A stretch of DNA of 64,000 nucleotides. Origin: Lama glama (Eukaryota). A program made the translations under genes and the position numbers. The stretch spans positions 1,800,001 through 1,864,000 of the forward strand of contig CM052818.1 of assembly GCA_028534125.1 (NCBI GenBank). The letters run 5' to 3'. The notes under the pieces are model-generated. The model had not been told where the DNA came from, ran no database searches, and was given only the letters and a program-made list of their open reading frames with translations. Every line of letters starts with the position of its first letter. Positions within the stretch are counted from its first letter, which is position 1. Shown one piece after another: positions 52,401-64,000 of the stretch.

Positions 52401-53798
52401 GCGGTGCAGAGGTGCAGGCGTTCCCGGCCGCGGGCTGGGGTCAAACCCAGCACAGCTGCTGGGGGCCTGTTGGCAGCACATCCCTAAGCTTTTCTGCAGA
52501 CTGAACATTCAGCGCCAGGGAGTGTCTGACGGTGACACTGCACTCTGCATCCATCAAGAGGGTCTCACGAGGAGTGGGCAAGGCATCCTCTCCAGAAAAC
52601 TGGCAGGCTTCACAAACTCGTCCAGCCCGCAGCTCCACACATTTCCGTTCCCGGCTGGCCCGATGCTGCGCTCAGCCCACAGTCTTCCTGGTCTGAACTC
52701 AGTCTTCCAAGCTGATGCCATACGCAGGCCAGGAGAGCTTTCTCAGCCTTCTCTGAACGCACAGGACACTTGGCTACAGGGGACGCCACCCTGCTGCCAC
52801 ACCCTCCCCGGCGACATCCCTCAGTGCCCGCGTTTGCTCGTGTTGGGGATTTGGCTTCAGGTTGGCCTCCGCTTGTCCTGTTCTCTGTGTGGCCCTGTTT
52901 TTTCAAGGAGAACACAGCCGCTTTAGTGACCCTCGTTTCTAAAGTCAATTCGTCACTCATCAGCGACTCTTGCACTCTGTGACTGCTTCACAGGTAGGGA
53001 CCAGGAGGTTAACATGGCTGCGAGCTTCATTTGGACCAAACTTCCCACTTGACAGATGAAGTGACAGGTCCAGGGAGGACAAGTGACATGCCCGTAACCT
53101 GCCAGCAGTCTAGACTGGAACTGTTTGTGGGCCCCGGCTCTCTCGGCTCTCAGGCCGGCTGCTGCCCTGAGTACTGACTCAGTGAGTGTGCCCCCTGCTC
53201 TGAAACTGGCCACTCCAAGAATCAAATAAAAATTCCCAGACCTTCTCGTATATGTCAGAACGGGCCATTTTGAGAAATGCTCAATAAACAAACACACACG
53301 TATTACTCAGGATTCTTTTAGTTGCAAGCAACAGAATCCCCACTCAGACTGGCGGGAGCACTAGAAGGAATGCATTGCCTCCTGTTCACGGCAGCCCAGG
53401 GAGGAGCTGACCACGGTCCCAGGAGGTGTTAAGCTGGTGCCAGTCTGGACGGACAGAGGGGCCCCTTGAGACCGAGGACCAGCTAATGAGGCTCCTTCTG
53501 GGGAAGGGGTGATAGCTCCTGGCCTGAGGAGGGGCTGCTGCCCGAGACTTGAAGCAGGAGATGGAGGAGGAGTCTAGAAGGAGCCCTCAGTGTAAAGACC
53601 TAGGTCATGAAGCTGTGAGAATCCTTTCAGTTTGTTCCATTGTGAAGTATTTCTTACACATTGAAGAGCATTAAAGAGCAACAATAAAGCAAATACAAGA
53701 TGAGAAAAAAAATCAGCCAGGTCTGGCATCAACCCAGTGAAGCTCGCCTCCATTGCACACACTTCCCATCCCCTTCAATATTAATCAGGGCAATCAGG

Positions 53799-53896
53799 TT
53801 TATTTATTTATTTGTTTTAAATGGAGTTACTGGGGATTGAACCCAGGCCCCTGTGCATGCTAGGCATGTGCTCTACCACTGAGCTATACCCTCCCC
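53799..53896 (-). mobile_element. tRNA-Ala-derived SINE (camelid Vic-1 type)
   Basis: Reverse complement reads GGGGAGGGTATAGCTCAGTGGTAGAG...CTGGGTTCAATCCCCAGT with an (AAAT)n tail; Pol III A and B boxes. Confidence 0.85.
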
Positions 53897-54315
53897 CTCA
53901 CCATCCTCCTCACTTTTGATTTTATTATTCTGTTTCCCACTATTGGAAAGTAGCCTTAAGCAAAGTAACATTTTTGTGTTGCCTGCCATTTTGTAAATGG
54001 AGTCTTTCTTCTCTCATTCACTCCTTTTGCTCCACATTATGAATTTTGGGAGGCCACAAAGTGATGTTGATGTGTGGAGTTGTGGTTAATTTTTTTCATG
54101 ACTATATAATATCCCATTATGTATAAAAACCTACCTTGACTTATCCATCCACTCTACACTGGATTGTTTCCACCGTCAGCAGCACTGCTATGAATGTTTT
54201 TGTGTCCCGATGAACAAATTCCAGAGTTTCTTTAGAGAACTAGGTTGAAGGCTATGTGAGCGTCAGTGTGCGGCTTTACAAGGTGATGCCAGACTGTTTC
54301 CCGAAGATTGTTCTT

Positions 54316-54395
54316 GGAGAGGGTATAGCTCAGTGGTAGAGTGACATACTTAGCATGCACAGGGGCCTGGGTTCAATCCCCAGTACCTCCAACAA

Positions 54396-54438
<43 letters not shown>

Positions 54439-54504
54439 ACCTAATTACCTCCCCAACCTAAAAATTTTTTAAATTACATAAAAAAAAAAAAAAACAAAGT
54501 CACA
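54316..54504 (+). mobile_element. tRNA-Ala-derived SINE (camelid Vic-1 type) with (AAAT)n and poly(A) tail
   Basis: GAGGGTATAGCTCAGTGGTAGAG...GGTTCAATCCCCAGTACCTCC; TSD AAGATTGTTCTT (54304-54315) / AAGGTTGTTCTT (54505-54516). Confidence 0.9.
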
Positions 54505-55139
54505 AAGGTTGTTCTTCCCGTGTGGTTGCTCACTCTTGATGTTGCCCTAATGATAACGCCCATGGAGAACATAGTCTAAATTCTACGGTCTGAAGAGTTA
54601 ATTTGATTGAGACTAGTGGGTTTCATGGCAGGAAAGGGGGGCATTTGGCTCTTCAATTCCTTGCAATATGAACTCTCTTGGGCTTGTAGCAGTCCCTGGG
54701 AGACTCAATGTAGGTGCCGGGGAGACCTACGCAAGCAAGAAAGAAGACCGACATTATGGCCCCATGGCTGGCAGAGATGGAGAAAAGAAAGGCTGGGGAG
54801 CTTGCTGGTTCCAACGGTTGGGAGCCAGGAGAGGTCCCGGCTACCATGAACCTTCAAATATACCCAGACAGAAAGTCCTCCCACACAGTGAGGAAACACC
54901 TGGCACCAGGCTTACTAAGACATAGAAATGTCTGTGTTCCTCGTGAACAAACAGACCTCTGGATGGGAAAAGTAAAGCTACAGCAGAGCTCAGCCTTTCT
55001 CTTCTATCTCCACTAGGAATGAAAGAGTTGAACAGAGACCCACATGCTTTCTGGCACAAGCTATCTCAAATCCCAATTCTGGATAAATAGAGGGAAAGTG
55101 ACATTTATTGATATGACCAAGCAGTTCAAAAGAAGGGGA

Positions 55140-55688
55140 CTAATCAGCTATCTATTGCTACCTAACAAATTATCCCAAAACTCACTGGTGTAAAACAATA
55201 ATAAACCCTTATGATTGCTCACAATTTCTGTAGGTCAGGAGTTTGGGAGAGTCATGGAGGGGTGGTTCTGGTCTAGGGACTTTCATGAGGGTGGTCCTCC
55301 AACATGTTGATCAGGCTGCTGGCATCCAAAGGCTTGATAGGTTGGGACACTCTACTTCTAAGGGAGCTCACCCACACAGCTGGAAAGCTGGTACTGGCTG
55401 CTCTTGGCAGGACCCCTTATTTCCTTGCCAGGTGGACCTCACTGCAGGGCTGCTTGGGCATCCTTGTGACATGATGGAGGGCTTCCTCCAGAGTGAGAGA
55501 TCCCAGAGCACAAGGAGGAGTCCACAATGCCTTTATAACTTAGCCTTAAAAGTCATATGCCATAACATCTGCATGGTGGTGAGACATTGATCTCACAGAT
55601 CACCTTGTTCACAGCACAGGGGGAACACAAAAAGTCAAGAATAGCAGGAGGTGGGGCTCTTTGGGAGACTTTTTGGGAAGCTGGTACA
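55140..55688 (-). mobile_element. MaLR solo LTR (MLT1F/G-like)
   Basis: TCAGCTATCTATTGCTACCTAACAAATTATCCCAAAACT...CTCACAATTTCTGTAGGTCAGGAGTTTGGG is a typical MLT1 end. Confidence 0.75.
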
Positions 55689-55749
55689 CCAAGGAAAACT
55701 GAACAAATATTCCACTGTGGAATAGGGTTACTGCAAGAAACAAGAGAAA

Positions 55750-57500
55750 ACAAAACAAAATGAAATTAAATAAAATACTACATACCTCTTTACAGTTTCT
55801 ACAATTTTCATTGCATGCGTCAGAAGAGTAATCACAATTACAAAAATTTCTTTTATATGAAAAATCACTATGAAATTTTAAAAGTATAAGATGTGAATAG
55901 CATAAAAACCAAATTAGAAAACTAGCTTGAAAATTTCTATTTGATACCAGAGGAAAAGCCTAAAGAGATGAGGGAAAACATAAGAGACACAGAGAATCCA
56001 GATGATACAACATTTGTATAATAGGACCATATAGGACTATATGTCAATTGTATCTCAATAAAACTGAATGGAAAAAAATCCAAAAAAAAGGTTCTAGTTA
56101 AAGATTTTGTTTAATTATTTTCTGTAATCTACTATTTCTATAATCAAAGAAATAATAGAAGAAATTTGCTCTTACGTGAAGGAAGGTGTTGGCCATCAAA
56201 TTTAAGGGGCAATATTAGTATAAAGAGACCCATGCATATTTATATCTTTATCAAATCTCAAGTTTCAAGGACTAAGGAAAAATGTTTTCAGGATCTAGGT
56301 AGGAAAGAAAGAGTCTATGCATACAAGGAGCAAAAAATGGACGTGTCCCAGATTTCACTTATGTAACTCTAAATTCTAGAAGACAGTGATGCAATATTTG
56401 CTGAATTTTTAGGAGCAACAAGTGTGAAGAATTCTTTAAGTAGCTATGTTGTCATTCATACATGGTTCAAGAGAAAGTCATTCTCAGACATGTAAGGACT
56501 CACGTAATCTGCCTGAAAAATAACGCCCCAAAAGTTCCACCAATCAACCGAGAAATGAGTCAAAATAAAGAACACAAGAATGGAAGAAATGGTTCAAAGG
56601 AAACAACCATGACTAATTAAGCTGGTAAAGAATAGTTAAAGTCTAAATCATTGTTTGGATCATGGTTATGAAACCAAATGCAAATGTCAAAAATAATTCT
56701 TGAAGGGCAAGAAACGTAAATCCCAACTATATAGTCATTCTGACAAAAATTTAAGTTGAGGAAAAAGAGAGAAGGAAGTGCCCTGAAATTTCTCATCCAA
56801 CTTCAATACGGTTATGGATACAGTTACATTCTTGAAATTATTAGGAATTTTTTGCTTTAAATATTTTGTTTTATTCTATATGTACATAACTTTTAAATTA
56901 TTACAGAAAAGGGAGCTGAGAAAAACTGATCAGCTAAGCAAAATTCAGAGAAAAGGAAATATTCAGAGCAAGGAAATAAAAAACAAAGCACAAAATAATA
57001 TTAGAGAAGCAATGCCAAACATACAAGTTTCATTCAAATATGAATGTATGAAATTCTATTCTTAATAGATGAGAACTTTCAGACTGTAAAAAAAATCAAA
57101 GTATTCTGCTTATCAGGAACATACAATGTTACGGAAAAGTGAAAAATAAACGAATGTGGAAGTATTATACTCCGGAAATGCAAACAACAGAAGAAAAAGC
57201 AGAGAGCAATATTGGAAATACTAGAGGCAAAATTCAAGAGAAAATGCAAATAAGAGAGGGTTAATATCCATCCAAGTATCAACCCATGATAAAGGTACAT
57301 GGGAAACTTTTATGAACCAAATAACATCTCATTAAAAAACCAGAAAGCAAAAACTACCACAAGCAAAAGAAGAAATTCACAAATCCATAGTATTAGTGGG
57401 GATTTAAGACATGAATCTCTGTGTTTGACAAAATGAGGAAACTAAAAAGATCTATGGAGAAACTGAATAACATGGATAGAACAGTAAAGGGGAAACGTGG
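55750..57500 (+). mobile_element. Highly degenerate L1 (ORF1 to ORF2 endonuclease region)
   Basis: A-rich strand; AAATCCATAGTATTAGTGGGGATTTAA resembles the IIVGDFN codons of L1 endonuclease. Confidence 0.6.
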
Positions 57501-57699
57501 AGACCTCTTGAGGTTTCATCGGAACAGGGCAGAATCACCTTCTAAGACTGCCTGCTTCCTTGAGAGTCTGCTGGGGGAGAAAGCTGCACATTCAGCCCAA
57601 CCCAAGATTTTTTTCTGAGATTAAGTCACACTCTCACCTCAGTGCCTTTCCACCAGCTTTCCCTTAGTTTGGAACAACCTGGCCTCTGCCTCACCCATA

Positions 57700-57980
57700 T
57701 TCAACTGACTCATCCTCACTGTATTTTTCTGAAAGCTTGAAAGTCACCTCCTCAAAGAGGACTTCCCTGTCTCTTCATGATAAGACTCTGGCTCCAGGCC
57801 ACCACTATTTTCTTATCATGCTTTATTTGTTTGTTTATTTTTTTTGCACATAATTATCACTACTGGGCATCACATTATTATATAAGCCTTTGGTGTGTTC
57901 CCCTTTGTATCCCCAGTACTAGAACTCTATTTGCCACACAATAGAATCGGTTCAATAGTATAATTCATAAATGAATGCAG
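57700..57980 (+). mobile_element. L2 3' end
   Basis: AAAGTCACCTCCTCAAAGAGGACTTCCCTG...TGTATCCCCAGTACTAGAAC...AAATGAATG. Confidence 0.6.
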
Positions 57981-58033
57981 GTCCAAATATAAACAATTTT
58001 AAACTGCTGCAAGTTCTTTGTGTTGCTGTAAAT

Positions 58034-58250
58034 CAGTGGTTCTTGACTGGAGGTGATTTTACATCCCTCCACCCCCACCCCCGGAGAACATCTGGCAACA
58101 TCTGGGGACATTTTGGGTTGTCACAACTTGGCAAGGATACTGCTACCTGAGGGCAGCAAGTAGGCAGAAACTGGAGATGATGCTAAATGTCCTGCAATAT
58201 ACAGGAACGCTCCCACCACAAAGGATTACCTGGCCCCACATAACTGGGAC
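58034..58250. mobile_element. MER20 (hAT-Charlie DNA transposon)
   Basis: CAGTGGTTCT...CATCTGGCAACATCTGGGGACATTTTGGGTTGTCACAACT...ACAAAGGATTACCTGGCCCC. Confidence 0.8.
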
Positions 58251-58329
58251 ACTCTGCCGCAGAGCTATTACTGCCTTCTCTGTCCAGGAAGATACCTGCT
58301 CAGGATTCTAAAAATTATAAATATGTAAT

Positions 58330-58717
58330 AAGCTTAAAAATCAGTTTTATGTGGTTGTAAGAGGCTAGGGGGTTAAAGAAGGATGAATAGGCTGAGCTCG
58401 GGGGAGTTTTAGGGAGTGCAACTGCTCAGTGTGATCCTGTACTCGTGGACACATGTTATCTGTCATACTTTTATCAAAACATTAGACTTATGTCAGAAGG
58501 TAAAACACCAAGAGCAAACCCTATTGTAGATTATGGATTCTGGGTGGTTATGAGGTGTCAGTGTGCGTTCACCCACTGTGTGGGATGCTGATAATGGTGA
58601 GGGGAGGGGCTGTGCCTGTGCGAGGGCAGGACGTATATAGGAAATCTCTATACTTGCTGCTCAATTTTGCTGTGAACCTAAAACTGCTCTAAAAAAAAAA
58701 TAAAGCCTATATAAAAA
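58330..58717 (+). mobile_element. L1MC-type 3' end
   Basis: GGAAATCTCTATACTTGCTGCTCAATTTTGCTGTGAACCTAAAACTGCTCTAAAAAA. Confidence 0.8.
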
Positions 58718-58759
58718 GACGGAGTTTTACCAAGACATACAGATATTCTAGCTCTTTGA

Positions 58760-58917
58760 CGCTCAAAGCACGGTCCTCAGATCAGATATGACAACATTAC
58801 CTGGGAGTGAGCTGGTTAGAAATGCAGACTCTTAAGGGGAGGGTATAGCTCAGTGGTGAGGGCCTGCTTAGCATGCATGAGGTCCTGGGTCCAATCCCCA
58901 GTACCTTTGCTGAAGGC

Positions 58918-58949
<32 letters not shown>

Positions 58950-59053
58950 AGAAATGCAGACTCTTAACCCCAGGCCAGATCTGGGGAAGGTGGATCTGCA
59001 GTGTAACTGCAACCTGGGCCCGTCACAAGCACACCTAAGTTTGAGAAACACTG
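58760..59053. mobile_element. MER5A-like hAT element split by a SINE
   Basis: CTCAAAG...ACCTGGGAG...GTTAGAAATGCAGACTC...AAGTTTGAGAAACACTG. Confidence 0.7.
58836..58949 (+). mobile_element. tRNA-Ala-derived SINE (camelid Vic-1 type), young copy
   Basis: GGGGAGGGTATAGCTCAGTGG..., long poly(A), perfect 18-bp TSD AGAAATGCAGACTCTTAA (58818-58835 / 58950-58967). Confidence 0.9.
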
Positions 59054-59069
59054 AGCCAGGACCGGGTTT

Positions 59070-59236
59070 CTCTTTCTTGGAGCTCAATGGAACCCCCTGG
59101 AGAGCTTTGAACACTCCCAATGCCCAGACCACACCCTGGGCCAATTAAATGAGAAGCTGGGGCTGGGGCCCAGGTACTAGTATTTTAAAAAATACCTGAA
59201 GCGATTTCAGCGTGCAGCCAAGTGGTGAACCGCTGC
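59070..59236. mobile_element. MER5B-like hAT element
   Basis: CCCCTGGAGAGCTTT...ATGCCCAGACCACACCC...CAATTAAAT...GTGCAGCCAAG. Confidence 0.55.
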
Positions 59237-59821
59237 TTGAGGCCACACGTGACAGTTACAAAAGACTTCGTGCAAAACTGGTGCTGTGACTCGGGCCCTT
59301 TATAAAACCACAGTGGGTGGGCCAGGTGGTTGGGGATAGAACGAATTTGAGAGGGAGGGTCTCTGGAGAACACGGATGTGAGTAAGCCTCAGTCTCCCCC
59401 TCGCCTCACAGCCTGGGAGAGCTTGCTCTGCGTGGCCTGAATATGGGGACGCAGTGGACCGGGACCTGACACCAGCCTGAGAAGAGGCAGCCGGTCTCAG
59501 GCCAAGGTGGCAGGGCACAGGGAGACTGGCTACATGGGAACGGAAGTCACCCTCGCCGACAGCTGGCCTGGTTGACGTATCCAATGGCCCATTCCTCACA
59601 GGCCAGTGTGAGCCTCGTGGATGAGAACTCATCAACTGGCCTAGAGTTAAAAATCCTGCCAGAGGACCTCCTGAAAGGGCTGTGGGTCCTGCCAGTGACA
59701 GTGAAAAATGGAAAGGGCCATGGGAGAAAATGCATCTCTTCCGTCAAAGCCAGTGCAGCCAGGTGTTCCCTGGGGTGGCCTCTGAAGATTCCTTGGAAGG
59801 GCGCTCTAAGAAAGTCATCTT

Positions 59822-60470
59822 TTTAAAAAGATTTTTTTTGAGATTTATTGAAATATAATTGACATGATGATATGTACAATATTTAAGTGCACACGTCTAA
59901 GGTGTATAATTTGAGAAGTTTCATCATATGTAAACATCCATCACCACAATTAAGATGATGCACATATTCAAGGCTGCCAAAAGTTTCATTTCCTTGTGCT
60001 CTTTTGTGATTCCTCCCTCTCCTGCCCACACCTCCCTTTTCCCCTAGCAACCCTGATTTGCATTGTGTCACCATAGATTAGTCTGTGCTTTCTAGAATTT
60101 TATATGGATTCAGTCATACGGCGTGCACTCTTTTAATCCAGCTTCTTTCGCTCAGCAGAATTATTTCAGGTTTCATCCGTGCTCTCCTGTGCATCAGTGG
60201 TTGCTTTCTTTACACGGCTGGATAGTATTTCACTGTATGTCTATTCCAGTTTGTTGACCTGTTTTGAGGGACATTGGTCTCTTCCCGGTTGGGGCTAATA
60301 AAGTTTCTGTGAGTATTGTAATACGCTTCCGTTTCTCTTAGGTAACCATCTAGTAGTGGAATGATTGGGTCATGTAACAGGGATATATCTAAATTTTTAA
60401 GACACTGCCAAACTATCTTTCAAAACGGTTGTATTCCTTTACATCCCCACTAGAAGTATAAGAATCACAG
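59822..60470 (-). mobile_element. L1MB-like 3' end
   Basis: TTTATTGAAATATAATTGACAT...TTTCTAGAATTTTATAT...ACTGCCAAACTATCTTTCAAA. Confidence 0.75.
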
Positions 60471-61789
60471 AAATCACAGAGCTTAAAGCCATCTTATAGT
60501 GGTACCCGACTGGTGAGGACCCACCAATTGCCTGTCCCCTGACTTCTCCCTCATCACGCTTGCAAGATCCTGAGCCCTGGAGGGGGCAGATGCCACAGCT
60601 GCTGACTGGGGGCTGGTACCAGGCAGTGAAAGGGAGAACCAGTCTTGTGTCCACTGCCCACCGCCAGTGGCCCCCCTGTGCACTCCCCATCCCACCTCCC
60701 TCATCAGGGAGAAAATCAAAATCAGGTTTGAGGATTTCATTATCACTCAGGAGCCTGGACAGTTTCAGCTGAGTCAGTATTTGGGCCTTCAAGCAATTTT
60801 TCTTATGTGAGAGAAAGAGAAACAAAGAAAAAAATACTGCTCTAATTTTTAACCCAAGGGTTAGGCATTAAACAACGTGGCTCACTGAATAAAGTTTAAA
60901 GGGTTGATGCCAGGAGACAGAAGTAAAAGCCTTCAGCTGCCACCCTGTGAGCCACCCAGTGTACAGGCTGCTGAAGAAAGGCCCAGGGCCACGTCTGGGA
61001 AGGGGGTGGGGAGGCTTGGCCAAAGAGGGCTGGCTGCTTCAGGGTAATGTAATGGAGTAACAGAGAAGACAAGGAGGGGTCCGGGATGAGGGACACAGCG
61101 AGACAGAACGGGGACTAGGGACTCGGAGTGCAGGGGAAGGGCACAGGTCCCGGGCAGGGGGAGGGGAGACGAGACGGGAGGGGAGGGCGGCAGTGCTGGG
61201 CGGCCACAGTTTGGAACAGGTTGGGATGTGCCGCTCTGAGATTAACACGAGAGAATCCTGCACAGGCCACGCACAGGCACGTTTCAGCGTCTAGAACTGT
61301 ATCTCTGCACGTGGTCCTTTTCTAAGCCAGACAAAACGGTTGAGCCAAGAATAAACGACTCCTTTCTTCCCGCCCTGCCCCCCCCCCACTCCAGTTCTAA
61401 TGTCACCCTTGGGAGAGAAGGGCCAGTGAGGAGCAGGTCTATTCTCAGTGAGTCTGGCTAGTTCAGATGCCACCTTGAGGCTCCACTTGGCCCCTCTGCC
61501 TTTTCTTGTTCAATAAACAGACAAACTGGGACCCCAAGCAGCCAAACAATGCTCCTGGAGGGGCCCCCGCAGCCCCACCCACTGCCTGCCCCTGCTGTCC
61601 TGAGGGACAGCTTCCAGCCGCCCTTGGTCCCACCTGCAGCCGGGCAGGAGGACGGTGGGGGGTGGTCTCGACATACCCTCCTTGTCATCCACGGACCCCC
61701 CACTCTTGGTCTCTTTTCCTCTTTCCAGTGTTGAGGGAGCTGGTGTGACTGGCCCGGGGGTGATTTAAAATCATGTTGTCTTTATCCTT

Positions 61790-64000
61790 CCAGTGGGCGT
61801 CTGAGAGAATTCTACAAACAGGATATACATTCTCTTCCATCACTGTTGAGAACATTTTCCAAAATCATTCTCATGCTGGGTTACAAACGCATTCTCCATC
61901 ACCTCTAAAATGTACAAACTGTACAGGTCACATTCTCTGTCCATTTGAAGAAGACTAGAAATTAAAAACCATACAATAAACAAGCAACAGAAACACTGAA
62001 CCACTTGAGAAATTAAAAATCGCTTTTCTAAGTCACTCTTGGGCCTAAGAGAAAATGTCAATAATAGGCAGTGTAGAACGTAATGATCACGCTGACAACA
62101 CAGAAAAATAAACGAGCCGAACATCTATTTCCAGATGCCAGAAAAAGAAAAAAAAAGAAAAAGAAAGAAACCAGAAGGAGACGCTAACAGCAAAACCCCC
62201 AGAAATTAATGAATTAGAAAATGGGAAACATAAATCGATAAATACAGCCAGAGCCTGGCTCTTTAAAAAGACCAGTGACTTAGAGAAACCACTGCAAAGC
62301 TAATCAAGAAAAGGAAAATGTGATCGTGCAGAAATGAGAAATGGTGGAGTAAATGAAAAATAGAAAGGAATAGGTTTATAACTTGATGCTAATAAACGTG
62401 AAAATCTCAATGAAGTGGGTAGTTTTCCGGGAAAATAAAAATGATTAGATTTGACTGAAGAAGTGGTAGAAAAGCAGAAGAGATGGGCTGAAAAAGTCCA
62501 CGAAAGTCTTAAACCAAGACCGTTTCAGAGGTGACCTCTTTCAAACCTTCAAGGGACAGATCATCACTGTGCTGTTTAAATAGAATTGGTGTGTGGGAAA
62601 AGGTGGACAGCTTCCCAAGTCATATTACTAAGCCAGCACTGCCCGGACACAAAAGCCAACCAGCCAGCTGGGCAAAAGAGAAACTGCAGCCCAATTTCGC
62701 AAACACAGATGCAAAATATTAGAAAATCGAATGCCATCAAATGTGTAGAGTAACAATACACTGTTAAACAAGGAGGGCTGAGGCCAGCAATGCAAATGTC
62801 ATTCAATATCAGGAAATCTCTTAGTGTGATCAATCACATGAGTGGACCAAGGAGAAAAACACGTTATTACTATCTTTAGAGCTTAGACATCAGAAACCCT
62901 GAGTACAAATCCTGTCTCTTTTCCCTTCCTAACTGTGGACCTTGGGCACTCACCGTATCTTCAAGTTTGGAAAAATAATGTCTAAAGTCAGGGTCATGTG
63001 CAGATTAAATTAAAGAATAAATATAAAACTCCTGGCACAGAGCAAGGCATATAATCAGAGCTCGGTAAATGAGAGTTTTAGAAAAACTTCAAGACACTGT
63101 CAGCTATTCCTGGTGATACTCTGTAAATAAAACAAGAATTGGAGAAAAGTCCTTTCATATTACCAGGACATTCTCCCTCAAACCAAAGCAACATCATAAT
63201 TAACTGTGAAAACATTAGCAATACCCCAATTAAGTTCAGGAACAAGATAAGAATGCCTCTATGTCTGCACTCCTACTTATTAATGTTCCAGACGTTCTAG
63301 CAATGGGATTAAACAAGAAGATAAATTAGGAGTCACAAATAGTCCCATGGAGGAAATATTATCATATTTATTTCAGGAGTTATAGTTTTATTATAATTTC
63401 AGTCTCTCAAAAAATCAGTTAAGAAGGTCATAGAACTGACAAATGAATTTAGTCGGATAGCAGTCACCAAATACAGAAATAGAGATATAAAAACCAACAC
63501 CTTTTTTATCATAATGAGCAAGCCATTAGGACATATCATAGAAATATATTGCATTTACAGCCGTGACAAAATTCATGGGAATTAACAATAAATGGACAAG
63601 GTTTATGTAAAGAAAACAAAAAGACTTAAAGAGAAGCTCAAAATGAGACTTAAAAGGAGAGACAAATACTCTTTTCCAAGAAGAATCAACAATACAAGTT
63701 TTCAGTTGTTCCAATTAATCTGTAAATAAACAAATCTCAGTCAAAATCTCAAAAAGTTTTTTGGTTTTTTTTTTTTTTTTTTTTTTAGGGAAATTTTGGT
63801 AAAATCATTGTAAAGTTCTCTGGACGTGAGAAGAGAAAAATGTTGCAAGGTGGATGGACTTGCCCTACCAGATATTAAATATAATTAAAGGCTCCAACAA
63901 TTAAAACAGATTCCCTGGTATGTAACATACAGACAGATGGACTCATGGGACAGACTAGGAAGGCAGGAACAGAGCCAAGTGTGCATGAAATTTACTATTG
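61790..64000 (+). mobile_element. Degenerate old L1 ORF2, interrupted by a MIR at ~62875-63075
   Basis: ACAGATGCAAAATATT, TCAGGAACAAGATAAGAATGCC and GGACTTGCCCTACCAGATAT are L1 ORF2 landmarks. Confidence 0.75.

Noticed and set aside
54316..54390. Possible tRNA-Ala genes (also 53820-53896 and 58836-58905)
   Set aside because: A-rich tails, TSDs and degenerate stems show they are SINEs

Overview
Mammalian genomic DNA, very probably a camelid: it carries three tRNA-Ala-derived Vic-1-type SINEs and I saw no ruminant- or pig-specific SINEs. The window holds one protein-coding gene, CYP26B1 (retinoic-acid-degrading cytochrome P450), on the + strand. It has six coding exons (17470-17673, 21204-21428, 30234-30509, 30784-30939, 32390-32674, 33054-33446; 1539 nt, 512 aa), all with GT-AG introns, a large CpG island, a TATA/Inr about 1 kb upstream of the ATG and a ~3 kb 3'UTR ending near 36470. 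The flanks (1-9 kb and 39.6-64 kb) are fossil L1, L2, MIR, MLT1, MER5 and MER20 repeats. Nearly all other ORFs in the track are artefacts of GC-rich DNA. I found no new gene system. The most interesting signals are regulatory or evolutionary: a candidate promoter DR5 RARE, an LXRE-like DR4 and a PPRE-like DR1 in intron 2, an NR5A palindrome, a 1-kb leader with a start-stop/uORF pair, a long 3'UTR stem-loop, and an old L1 block bracketed by a diverged ~300-bp direct duplication. Repeat family names and boundaries are by-eye estimates.
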